Part shown: positions 49,980 to 62,730 of the stretch, piece by piece
How the letters are laid out: every line of letters starts with the position of its first letter
Position numbering within the stretch: position 1 is the first letter of the stretch
From: Dicyema japonicum
Lineage: Eukaryota; Animalia; Dicyemida
NCBI GenBank assembly: GCA_011109175.1
Contig: RDEW01000044.1
Span: 367,667 to 431,666, forward strand
DNA length: 64,000 nucleotides
Reading direction: 5' to 3'
The notes under the pieces: model-generated
What the model was told of the DNA's origin: nothing
The model's database searches: none
The model's input: only the letters and a program-made list of their open reading frames with translations
Made by a program: the position numbers and the translations under genes

Positions 49980-50860
49980 TCAACTTAAAAGTCCTTAACT
50001 CAGTCCTCTTCAAGGCAATGATAACCTTATGATTATGTTAAATCTTCAACGTGTTTACAATATGTTAATAACACACTTCTAAGTAAGGCATTATATACTT
50101 CAAGACAATAATCGTTTTGGAGTGGATCGAAGATGTTTCATTATTATGTCAACATACTGTTGATCATTTGCCAACTGAATTGCTTTAGTGTTAAATCAGA
50201 AATTGTGGTACACGACAAAGTCATGTTGAATCTAGCAAGACACATCCGTTCTCTCCATAGTATGTTCGTTATGCCATCCGGCTCTATCACATTACCTCAG
50301 TCAGGACAGAAGGTTCCAAATGGCAAGTAAACCCGGCATTTTCGATAGCTCCACAAACCTACATCTGCATGACAGCGATGTAGTCCATTCCTGTCAACCA
50401 TCCCACCGCATTGAGATCGGTGTTCCAACAGACGTCACGGCGTAGCCGAAGAAGAACTTCAACATGGACTGTATTTTAGTCTAGCAGACTACCAACTCCA
50501 ATACATAGAGCTAGGACTCCGAATTCACCAAAATGCATTCAGACATGTAAACCTTCCAAGTTCATTTAGCTTTTTCAGAAAGGATTTCATCCCAGTCCTA
50601 TTGAGTGGTAAAGATTTTCAGAACACGTGCCTATTTACTGTTCACCTCTGTACAACCTCTAAAGAACAGGGTCCAGGCACAATCTCTGGCAGGAAAACAA
50701 GATTGAGTTGGCCAAGATACGGCAGCTAGCGAAGGTCGACCGGTACCATGGAATGGCCAAATAGACAGGATACCTCACACCAATCCCACGACCTTATCAG
50801 GAGCTTTCCTTGGCAGCCTGTGTAGTCAAATCGGATATTGCGGATTTGTCAGTATTATAT
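49980..50860 (-). mobile_element. Degenerate CRE 3' region
   Basis: GAIENAGFTCHLEPS...LLDST and RLSL..RG remnants. Confidence 0.55.
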
Positions 50861-50876
50861 CTGATGAGATTCTCAA

Positions 50877-53270
50877 TAAATTGTCAGATTTACATTTCAA
50901 ACTTCAATTGAATTTTTTGATTCTCATTTGAAATTCTTACTTAACGTTTGACTGAATGAAATGTAAAAGATATCTCAAAATATATGGAAATGGTAAGTCA
51001 GATTGACCAAATCCTTCTTAAATCAAATTATATTCCAAAGACCAAGGGTAACCAAACTAACTAACTTCTTGATCCTGACTCGTTTCGGCATTTTAGAACT
51101 GGTTTGAGGGCTTGAAGGTATATTCTCGGAAGTCACTGAACAAATGTCCAGAAGAAAACAAGCAAATATTTTCCTTTACAATAGACGTGAGCGATTCCTG
51201 ATCTTTCTCTTCTGACAGGGCATACATAGCGTGTATGGTGCAAAGTAGAATAATCGTGTCCAATTCACTGGGTCAGTCGAAGAAATTGCCCTTTCAATAC
51301 AATCGTGTAAACAGTCGGCGGCAGGAACACGGGCAGCTTTTGGAATTTTGATCATGATCCTTCTTGTAGATGCCAGGTTTGCAATTGATTCAAGGGTTTT
51401 CTGGTAATCTACTGGTATTCGTTCAGGTGAATTAGGTGGAGTCGATGGTGCTTTCGTCCCAGGAAGGAGGCATGCCTGGCAACACCAGTTGGTAATGGTG
51501 GTAAGGGCTTTTTTGGTCATTCCAACACATGACATGTGAAAAAACGACGAACAAACGACACAACATATCAGCCGCTTTCTTTTGTTAATTTTATTGCAAA
51601 ATTCACAAAGCTCTTCTCTTTTGTCGATCTTGTGCATATCGCTTCTGGTTACTTCTTTCTCAATTACACCACACCACCAACAACAGATTTTTGAAAAATT
51701 TTCTCGATCATACTTTAATTATCAAAACAAAACATTTCATAATAATTAGATAATCAAAATTGCATAAATAATAGATAATCATTAATATATAAGAAATCAA
51801 ATTAAAATCGAAAAAATATTGACAAACATTTTTATAAACATTATTTCATTCAATTTTGATTCTCTCAAAAATACGTATTTCAATTATTACATTTCTTCTA
51901 AACATTACATTTTAAAAAATCTGAGAAAACTACATTCTCAAGTATTTAGTAAAATTCTGAATTAAAACATAACAAAATCATTTTGATAAACTCTAAATTC
52001 AACTAATTTGTCATTTTTATTGTCGATTCTCTTATTTACGTGTTTGATGCTAATGTGATTTCTACGAATCCTCAAATGAGGTGTGATTTGTATTCTCTAT
52101 TTCACTGTTCACAATTATTCAATATAACGCGAAACCTTGAACAGAAATCTCGCACTCAGATATGAAGGACAGCATCATCGCTTCAATTGTCGTTAACATT
52201 TCGAGGTCTTTCAATATCATTTAATATATAGAAATCAAAATAAAATCTAAAAAAATATATACGAAACACTTTAATACTAAGCATTTCTTAATAAATATAT
52301 TACTCCTAAAACATTATTTGCAAATATTAGTTTTGAATCAAAAATAACATTCGTCGCACCCACCTAGATGACGGTCGATACTGTCCTCACGGTATCTCAT
52401 CAAACTTAGAATGAAGAATCTCAAAAGAAATTTCTCTTTGAAATATAGCCACAGTCTCCAATTTATATAAAACGGGGACAACACCTTCATGAGCTCTGGT
52501 TGTGAGAACCTTATACCACCAGAAGATATAAAAGCTATACAATCAGAGATCTTAAAGTTTGGAAAACACAATATATTAAAAAGAATTTTAAAATCATAAT
52601 TAACATATCAAGTTAAGGATGCCCAAAATATTCCTCGAATTTCGTTTTTGATAGCGAATTGACGGTTTAATTACAAACAACTCTTACTTTGAACTCAGTC
52701 TGTATTCACACACCATGGCTAATTCTCTATTTTTACTGGCAATGAGCCATAAAACGGATCTTAATTCACATCATCACAACCTTAATTTCAAAATCTTCAG
52801 TAATATTTCGAGGAATCAGTATTATATCCCAAAATTTCTGAACTGAATGTTTCATTATACCTGAGGGAGTCTATCGTTTTCGGAGATCGAACTTTATCAA
52901 ATAGTAACATAGTATCATTATTAAAATAAAGTCTAAATTACAGAGGAAAAAACAACATTCCATTGTGATCAAATGACTTATTCTGTTGCAATCCATTTTA
53001 TAGTGTATCAACTATTTTAATGCTAATTTTTCCTGCTTTGTGTACGAGTTCCTGTATTTCCTGTAGACATAAAATCAATATTTGTTATTATGTGAATAGA
53101 TTTCCACTAAGATTTCTTTAATTTATTAACCCATCGAGAAGAAAGTAAGTAAATTAAGTTCCTATGATCGCAGAGGGGAGTACTTTCAAACCATACAAAT
53201 GCCTCCGGAATTAACAGAAAAGGGAGGAAATATCAAGCCCTTGAAGCTGTGAGAACATCTACTTTTGGGT
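50877..53270. repeat. Segmental duplicate of 9860-12950, with a CRE 5' piece in place of 10085-11420
   Basis: Colinear identity at 50877-51100 and 51715-53270. Confidence 0.85.
51100..51700 (-). mobile_element. CRE 5' end: ORF start with PHD finger followed by the CRE pre-RT motif
   Basis: ORF 51176-51637 has CEFC...CVVCSSFFHMSCVG...WCCQAC (C4HC3), then KIPKAARVPAADCL...WTRLFYFAP, homologous to 34941-35222. Confidence 0.8.
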
Positions 53271-53809
53271 AGGAGAAGGAAATGATCTTTTGGCATACTA
53301 GATTGGCACTGGAATCACATAGGACCCCCTTAAAATCAATTTTTATAAGATTTAAGAAAAATGACTTTTTAACCTAAAGATGTCTAGGACCTTTGTAAAA
53401 TATCACGTGAAGTTTATTGATGAACTTATCAGAAACATGAAAAAATTATCGGAGGCCGTTTTGAATGGGAACCGGGGATCTACTTCCTTCAGAATTTACT
53501 AGCCGCAATATTGTGAAAATTTTAGCTCAACAAAAGATTTAATAATTAATATAAAATAAGAAAGTTAGTTTAAAAAATTTAATTGTTAAAGGTTATATGA
53601 TTGTTTTTGTTAATTGTCGTAGTCAAATAACTCCTTTTATTCTATACGTTCACTGAATACGAAATTATCTGAGCTTTTCCGAAGTTAATTTCAGGCAGTG
53701 AAATATTATTTCATGAATTTTGAAATAATTTTTGAAAGCGGGAGAGGCCACGTTTATATGAAAACTCAAAAATAAAGAAATACAGCAGCCTCCTAAACCG
53801 TTTCCATGT

Positions 53810-53975
53810 ACAGCCAGTCGAGCGGAGTCTTTGGCCCCAAGACGGTCTCTTTCCTTAGAGCATAGTTGGGTGTCTATTGACCAAACCCTCGAGGGAGCGT
53901 CGGGAAACCGAGTGGCTTTTCCAAAGGATATCCCTGGCAGTAGTCAGAGGTATATCCGCTGGACTCTGTAATTAA
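53810..53975 (+). mobile_element. CRE 3' stub
   Basis: SSGVFGPKTVSFL...RETEWLFQRISLAVVRG. Confidence 0.75.
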
Positions 53976-54834
53976 CTACTCATGTTTCCTAATAATAAAT
54001 TAACTGATTTTTGAAATTGTTAACTCATTTCAGTTAGATGGAGTTTTAGTATCAAATGCTAAACATCATGTCAACAATCCGGATATTAAGTTTCGATTAA
54101 CGGAAATCATATTAAATCATTCGCAAATAGTAGATCTTCTTTAACTTTCGGAGTGTTGTGACTACTCAATCAATCGGGCATATTATGATATACAAGGACT
54201 ACATTTTGATAATGACAAGGAATTTTTCTCTTACGCGGAGTCAGACATCCTCTGCATCTGTTGAAAGAGCTATTAAAATGCTAAGTTATCAATAAGGAGG
54301 ACTGGGAACTGAATCGTTACCCGCAATGCTTCTTGTCTATTCGATGTTTTGCTTATTTAGTGCATAATTGTACACTTATAGTAAAATATATTATCCCGAA
54401 ATTGACAGTGTCTCTGGTCCATGCAAATATCTTCATTCCGAAATACGAATGACAATACTGTACCCAAACGTAATCTGGTATTGACGATCCATATGTTGCA
54501 TTGGTGACCGAAGACAATAGCAAAAATATAATCTTGTATTGCACACATGCTATGATGCCCTGTAGAACATTTGGGAAGATGAAGTAATAAACAAGCGTTT
54601 TAAATGTCGTCAAAAAGTAAATAATGATAAAATCTCAACATTTATAATAGGTAATAAAGATTGTATTAAAAAACGTCACAAAAAATATTCATCGTATCAC
54701 ACAATCAAAATGAAATAATTGCAAAAAGGCATCCCAAATGACATTCGGGTGAAAGGTTTGCAATATTTTTTCAACTCCATTAGTAACTTTCAATCTCCAA
54801 AGTCGTATTAGTACTCCTGATGGGTGTTTTCAGA

Positions 54835-55030
54835 TAGAGTGTTCCACAAGGGTCGGTTATAAGCCCTACCCTTTTCAATATATATATCTGTCTACACTCC
54901 CCCACCGGCCAATGTGAGGACGGAGATGGCTGTCTATGCGGACGACATAGTACTCTGGGATCACTCGTGGAAACCAGATGTAGCGTGTCGGAAGATTCAA
55001 GTAGCTGTCAATGGAATTAAGCAAAAACGT
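54835..55030 (+). mobile_element. LINE RT fragment
   Basis: VPQGSVISPTLFNIY and YADDIVLW. Confidence 0.75.
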
Positions 55031-56829
55031 TTCCAATTGTGATTCTTCTAAACAAAAACAAATCGATATGATAGTTGTAAAAAATGTGGGGGAATATTTA
55101 CGAAATAATGGCTTTCTGTTTACATGTATAAAAAATGGATGTATTTTTCTTACTGAAATTTCCGATCGCAAAAGGAATCACTATCCCAAAAAGTCCGACA
55201 CCAAAAGCGGGAGAACCATGGGTGTGGCACCCTCAACACTTTTTTCAAATCAATTTTTTGGCAGAATAAATGAAAAATCAAGAAAATCATGTAAATATTG
55301 GAACATCGTAAAATCATTTATATACAATTTTTAAGATAATAAAAGTATATTAAATAAATTATTTTTTGTTTTATTTTCAAATTTTATTTTTGTTGTGGTA
55401 ACGAAACTAAATTGAAAATTTCTAGAGAAGTTATGAGGAACAATATATCTGAAGGGCAATTAATCTCAAAGTGCAAGAAATATATTCGAATATAGAAAAT
55501 TTTGAAAATGTCGTAGAAACAAAGATCTGGTAAACAATTTGGATGAAAAAAATTCACATGTGGCTTCTATGATTTCTGGCTAAAATTAACAAATAATATA
55601 CGACAAAACTCAAAAACTAAAATTAAAATAACTGTATATAGAAAATTTTTTGTTGTTGTGGGCATGGCTGTTTCTTGTAAGAAAAGAAGAAAAGATGTTT
55701 CAATCGACCTATCTACGAAAGTTACTAAAAGAAAAAACAAAAGAAACGTAGAGAATGTGGTCGATGACTTGTCCAAGACCCAAAAAGTTGTCAATACTGA
55801 TCTTAAAGAACATCTTCTCTCACTGCAATGCGTAGTCGACAAAGTTCACACTGTGGACAAGAGACAATGGGCTGTGGAAGTAGTTGAAGCTACAAAATCC
55901 AGATTTAAGAGAATGCCCGTGGTGGTTGGCCTCTGATTACGAATGCTTTTAACCAATGATTCGGGACATCGAAATCCGTTACCAATTTCAAGAGCTTGCT
56001 CTTTTCAAATTCGAGTGAATCACTCTGTGGTCTTCCAGTTGGGGAAATACAGAAGGTAGAAATTTCGAATTTTAGAAAATGCTTTGAAGAAATAAAAAAT
56101 CTTCGAAAAATCGATATATTGATAAAAATCCAAAATATATATTGGAAGAATCCAATTTTCATTAAAAATGTATATTTTACAAAAATTTGAAAATTTGATA
56201 AATTTGTTTTATTAAATATCAAAAAATCAAATAGTGGAGGAAAATCCATATTTATTGGTTACCAAAACACATATATATTAAACATTTTGATAAGAGACTT
56301 CAACACTATTTGACGATTCCATAATATATGTAATATTGAAGAGAATGTATTGAAATACATAAAGAAATAAAAATTCAGACATGCAACCAACCACAAGAAC
56401 GTGGCAACTGCACGCCAGTTTATGTACACACGTATTATAAGGTTTGCCATATTGTAAAACATATTTTAAAAAATATATAAAAATTTAATTAATATAAATT
56501 AGTCAAAATTTGACTTTAATTAGTATATTTTCATCTTTCGATGTCGTCACTGGATCCACCCTACTAAGGAGGCGCCCAATGCCTGGCCGTCATCAAGAGG
56601 ATCCAACAATTCTTCCCCTGGGACAACGTCTTTACTTGGTCACAAGTTCTGGAATGCTTCAACTAGTCAGGATCGAGGAGTTAGTTAGTTTGATTACTTT
56701 TGTCTTTGGAAATAATTTTAATTTAATTTAATATCTAACTCTTGCTTTCGTATTTTTTTATTGCCTCTCTGAGTCGTGTCACGATTGCATTCCTCAATTT
56801 TACGGATGACTCCTTTACCAATTTTATAA

Positions 56830-57300
56830 CGCCTACCAGAAGTTTCAAATACGATTGGTATGAAACAGAACCGATCTTCGAAAACTAGACTTCTTTATTT
56901 CTTCTGTTCAGAATATTCAGCATCCTGGTAGTTTTGAATAAAAAATACAAGCCGAAAGCGATAAATGAGTTTTTCTCGCTTACAGCGACTATTGCGAGAT
57001 TTACAGATGTAGAGACTGTGACGCAAATCAATTCCGATAGGGAGACTCTTGTTGTCCAACAAAGTGGTTGTAGTTTATTGGTAATTTTATTCCCTCGTAG
57101 ATTTTACTCCTCCCAAATTTTTAGCCTAATAGCTTTCCAATAATACTACCTCTATTTTTGGGAACACACTAGAATAATGAGCAGTACTTCCCAAAAAGGA
57201 GTATAGCCCAATGTTTCGAGATACGTGTGATTGGTGATCTTCGAAAACTCGTCATCAACAGTGGATTGAACCTAGCAAGGCAATTATTGTTCAGACTTTC
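56830..57300 (-). mobile_element. Degenerate CRE-like fragment, uninterrupted paralog of 1360-2205
   Basis: Inverted colinear identity with 1360-1562 and 1968-2205. Confidence 0.55.
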
Positions 57301-58287
57301 TTCAATACCACTGATTCAAGTTTCATTTGTCTGTAGGGAAAACTCAATATAATTTCAGTTATATACAATTCCATCTCAGGTCATAGACCGTTTTTTTGAA
57401 TTCCTTTTTTTTTGAATAAAGAGTATTAGAAAGTAAGGTCTTCCATGGAAGACAATCACTTTTTGAGAGTTTCAATTACTCAGGAATTGAAGTCCTTGAT
57501 TCTTTTAGGCACGTTTATACTAAGTTAGTACTCCATGGATACCACAGTAGTTGACGATTGGCTCAATCTATTGATTATATTGGGAATCTAACGTTGAGGA
57601 AAGAGAGCTTTTGTATTTTTGAATGAGAACCGTCAAGAAGTTTAGTTTTTTGTGGCAAAAGAAAACAAATTGTTCACGTGTTGTTTCTAAAGTCATTAGT
57701 AAGCCGAATAACTCCCAATAATCTAATGGAGTTCCCAATACTTAAACGGGATTTCTTTCTACGTGATGAGGGTTGTGCAGGATTTTTCAAAGCTTGTGGT
57801 CAAAAAGGTTATAATCACGTGCTTAAAAATTCTAACAGATCTTCAAGTATGGTTGTCTATGAGCATTGATCCATGAATCGAGATTCAGTCACTGTAAGAT
57901 AGAATCAAGATATTTTCGCCGACTTTATGGTGTTCCGATTAATTGAAGTGTTGTGTTAAGGTCCCGATTGCATAGGGACTCGTGCTGGATTTGAATACCG
58001 TCTGGACCGATAGAATAAAACGACTTTAGTTTTAAATCACTTTTTTACCTCCTCGACTATAGAACTAATTTGGTAACGCCTTGTTTGAGTTTGATCGGAA
58101 CAAGGGAGAACCTTCGACTGATTGATGGTGATAATTTCACACGTGCGTAATATTTTGTGATTCTATTTTGATTCATTTTATTTTTTTAGATCGTCAGACG
58201 TAGTAACTTAAAGATTATTGAAATAAAAATATTTATAATCATAACATTTAATTATATTAAAATAAATAAATTTAAAATTAAAAAAAA

Positions 58288-59119
58288 CTGTCCTTCCATC
58301 TCGGAAACTGTCCAATGACTTGGTTGAATACATGGACGTGTGGCGGAGTGAAGGGCTTAGCGAGCCGCGTAATCCAGACCAACAATCGTCTTGGATGATC
58401 CATAGATGGAATGCTCTGGCATCCAACTTAGTCAGCCGGCTCTCTGGACATCGCCTGGACTGTTTCCAAAATTCGAGGGAGGCGGTTGATGGATCTTGGC
58501 TTGGGGTTTACCCATGTCAAGAAGTTGGTGGATTGTGGGATGATGACTCCCTTCGTACAGCTGTATGTCTACACCTCGGATTGCCTGTTTGCACCAAATC
58601 GAAGTGCAAATGTGGCTGTCTATCGGACGAACTGGGTCTCCACCTCCTCTCATGCCGGAGCGGAATTGGCAGATTTTCTCGACATTCGGCAATAACGGCA
58701 TCATTAAGAAGGCATTAGAATCGGCTGGATTCCGTTGCCGGATCGAACCGACTGGTCTATTTGACAACGGAAGACGCCCTGACGGCATGACCTCCTTTCC
58801 TTCGAGCGAGGGCGAAACCTTGTATGGGATGTGACCTGTGTCTGCTCTTTCGCCCAAGCAAAAAAATAATTCACCGGGCAGACCTTCTTCTCAAGCAGAG
58901 GAAATGAAAAATGCTAAGTATTCGGATATCAGCGACAGGTACATTTTCGCACCTGTCGCGATTGAAACTTCGGGGAACTTTGGCCCTAAAACGCTGAAGT
59001 TCCTGAATCATCTTGGAAAACTACTATCCGACAAAACTGGTGATCTTCGTGAGACGAGATGGCTCAAGGAGAGGCTCTCGTTGGCTGTTGTCCGTGGGAA
59101 TAGCTTATGCATCTCCCAA
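58288..59119 (+). mobile_element. 5'-truncated CRE 3' fragment (CCHC plus endonuclease)
   Basis: SWLGVYP..DDDSLRTAVCLHLG..C.C...HLLSC..RFSRH, RPDGMT, FAPVAIETSGNFG and RLSLAVVRGNS. Possible TSD aaaattaaaaaaaa at 58274-58287 and 59120-59133. Confidence 0.9.
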
Positions 59120-60605
59120 AAAATTAAAAAAAAAACGATCCACGTTGAAACGATCCACGTTGTCATTAAAACAACTAAGAAAAATTTGGCAACTGAAAGA
59201 ACACAACTACTTCTTTGTCAACCTATCAATACAACTAACAATGTTATTAACACAAACCTTTAATCACACTCACAATCTCGACCTTCCGTAAACTTTTTTT
59301 CCTTTACTCTTGTAAACTCTTTTTTTTACAATTTACAGAAAATAATATATTCTAACTCCCCGTCGCCACTTGAAAGTGAGTCACCATAAAGAATATCAAT
59401 TCCGGTCGTGAATGCTTTCTAATAACTTTTACCCGCTTTATCCTGAGGCCTGCCAACAATAATTGTATAATCATGAATAGTCTTTATCAATGAGTATCGA
59501 AACAGCACTTGATATCCGACTCACCGATATAGTTATTTGAAGACACGTTGGCAAAACTGCAGCTTTCAGATTCTTGAGTATCTTGATTTTTTAATTGGTT
59601 TAAACGATCCTAACCTGAGTAACCACTAGGAAAAAATTTTTGGCATATAAATTTAACAGGTGTACAACTGATAATAAGGTTCACTTTGTTCAAGAATCAG
59701 CTTTTTTATGATTTTTTCGATGCGCAAATGAGGGACATCGATCTGAACGAAGTCGAGACTCTTTGGCTGTCCGAGTTTCAAAATCAATAACTTCCATATT
59801 GACGGGATAGAGTTCTGCCAATCGGAAAGTTAAAATTATTAGTACCTGGTACACGAGAAACTTACTTATTAACTAGTGATTTACTCAGTTCCCATTGTCA
59901 CAGATTCAATTCAGAGCAGTCAATCAGAAACAGGCATAAAAGGTGGAAGACGCCCATACCCCAGTTATGAGATTCCGTTCTTACTAATAAAATGACGTCA
60001 CTTCTAGATACTAAATTCCATAAAAAATACGTAGCTTTGGATCTTGGCTACTAACTACCTACCTACATGTCAGTTCCACATTGAAAACATAAATCGATGA
60101 TATGGTTAATACTCTATCGTTGAACGATTCTGGCTATTAAAATATTGAGCGAAAATAGCCTCCCAGTTATGGCTGTAGCTGTCTAGCTCATATAGTGAAT
60201 ATCGAAGTCGTTATCTGAATAGTAATGGAAAATATAAAGGATGATAATAAGGGAAAATGTCCAAATGAAATGATTATTGACCTCATAACTTTTTCCACAG
60301 ATAGAAAGAAGTTAAAACCCAATTATGTGTATCCAGTTGTCACTGTCACAGAAACAGACTTCTTTCAATTTTAAACAAGTCCATCCAGAACCAGCATTAA
60401 GGGTGAAGACGATTTTCAATTTATGTGAATCCTAGTTCGAAAATATAATGTCCCACGTTAGATCAATGGAGATGAATTCATTGGAAAACCATACATTAGC
60501 TTGAGTTCTTTAGCCAATAATTTATACAACTTCTCTATTTCAGTGTGTTTTAACATTTCTTGTAATTTGAATATTTTTCGGTATTAAGATTTGAATATGA
60601 CAAGT

Positions 60606-60678
60606 GCCTCCGTGGCGCAACGGTTAGCGCGTGCGGCTGTTAACCGCAAGGTTGCTGGTTCGAATCCGGCCGGGGGCG
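60606..60678 (+). tRNA. trnN-GTT: tRNA-Asn (GTT)
   Basis: 73-nt cloverleaf with acceptor GCCTCCG/CGGGGGC, anticodon stem TGCGG/CCGCA around CTGTTAA, T-loop GTTCGAATC and a downstream T6 terminator. Confidence 0.97.
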
Positions 60679-61269
60679 AGTTATCTATTTTTTAAAAAGT
60701 TAATTTTTTGCAAATTACCAAATCTTAAAAATTATACTGTATTCCTTTACTAAACTATTTATAGACCTCTATTTCTGCCTGTTTTCTTTCTATGCATGAG
60801 TTAATTTCTTAAAAAGGCCTATTCTTAGAAATACTTCATTCAATATTTTGCTAAAGTAAGATGTTTTGGATCGACTTATTTTCAATAAAATAATATTTTT
60901 TATTTCAGAATCGCTCAATTCGACACTTTGTGTTTACAGATATATTCACAATTTCACTAGTAAAGTTTTTCATGAACAAATTTTTTTAAATCAAAATAAA
61001 TATTTTTACTTACTGCTCTCAGAATCCAGTACAAAAAAGTAACTGAAAGCTATATGAACCATGTCAAGATAAATATTCATCAAATGGGTCCCCAAGTACT
61101 TCACTCATCGTCCTCTTATGGAATTCTTTGTGGTCAAATAGTGAGGATGATCCTTTCATTTAGTTCATTGGCACTTTTATTTTCATAAAGGACACAGTTA
61201 ATTCCTCCTCTTTTTGACTAGCATTCTAAAATAATGATACCTTCATTCTCGAGAAACGCCTAAGTGTTT

Positions 61270-61694
61270 GGATGTACTTCATAAACAGGATATAGTCAGA
61301 TGTTCAAGATGGACAGTAGGACTTGTGTGGTTGATGACTCCTTGAAACATCGCTATAAATTTATCATCTGCATAAACAGTATTTATGGATCATTGAAGTA
61401 TGGAATATCGGATAAAAACAAATTTAATAATGAATTGGACAGTAGATGTCTTTGAAGTACGCCGTTCGGTAAGAAAGGAGATATTGATACCGTAGTCTCC
61501 TGCGTCGCACGGAAAAAAATTTGCTCAGTCGCAGTCTTATATTCTGATTCGTCTGTCTTTTGAATATTCACGACAAATCCAAGATGTGTCATAGTTAAGC
61601 GACCCGGTCTGTAGTCGTATTGGAAGAAAATGACGGAAGATCCAGGAAAATAATTTTTAGAACAAGCTTTTCCAACACTTTGGTCATTGTGCAT
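61270..61694 (-). mobile_element. Degenerate LINE RT fragment
   Basis: PNGVLQRHLLSNSLLNLFLSDIP followed, after a frameshift, by VYADD. Confidence 0.55.
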
Positions 61695-62689
61695 GTAAAG
61701 AAGACTGGGCGGGAATTAAGAGTAAGAAGATTTATTTTTTTATAATTTAAATTTATTATTATTAATATTTAATCGATCTTAAATATAAAATAAATAAACG
61801 TGCCTATTTCGTCATGTGTTTTTTGGTGGTGCACTGAGATCTCCATTATAATTAATTAAAATGGTCGAAAATGTGCAATATTATTGTACACTTCACGTTG
61901 CTACTATCTTAGTAGTTAGTATATTGTACTACATTCCATTTTTAAACGTGTATATTGCCGATGATACTCGATATCTAGAAGAACCCCATTAATCCACCAT
62001 TTGTGATTTATACACTGAAATTCCCCACTTATGTTCACAATATTCAAACTCTCCCTTATTATTCCATCTTTTTTTGGTTGTTTTAGCTGCTCTATTATTC
62101 TTGTTTATGGTGTATCGCAAAAATATTTACTCTGGGATGTGTTCTTTAATTACTATCTTCGAAAGTGATTCAAGCACCTGTGACATGTGGAATTGAAATC
62201 GAATTTCCCAGTATTTGTATATATAACTGAGTTAAGATCACTGTTGTATACATGCCATCGTAACAACAGCTTTCTTAAAGTAAATTTGTCAAAGTTCCGC
62301 CAAATCTTGTACCACATTAAATTCGAATCCAGAGATCACTATATTCAGTCTTTCTGTATAAACTGCTTATAAGGGGCAGAATAAGTTTCATTAGTTTTAC
62401 CAATTTCTGTAAATACAATCAAGATTACTTTCTAAGATCGGCGCTGGAGGTTGTGTACAGGAATGTCCATCGTTTCTCTCAGGCTGCAGCATTTGACACG
62501 GCAAGTCCTTCATCATACTATTGGACTACGCTGAAATGATTCATTTGACAAAGCTTGTCGGAAATGGAACGGGTCAGGACTCTAAATCCCGAAGACATAT
62601 CTAAGCAAGTTAATTGGGAATACATTGTATGCTCCAAAATTTGGAAAACCTTAAAAAGAGAAGGAAATGAACATCGTCTGCCTTATTTG

Positions 62690-62730
62690 TTATTTATTTA
62701 TTAACCCCGGATACACCGAGAAAGAAGTTA
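62690..62730 (-). repeat. About 45-bp LINE-like 3' tail stub, also at 2580-2625
   Basis: ttatttatttattaaccccggatacaccgagaaagaagtt is identical at both sites and reads as a (TAAA)n tail on the minus strand. Confidence 0.7.

Noticed and set aside
59340-60560. Possible multi-exon minus-strand gene upstream of the tRNA
   Set aside because: I could not assemble a consistent spliced frame or recognise a domain.
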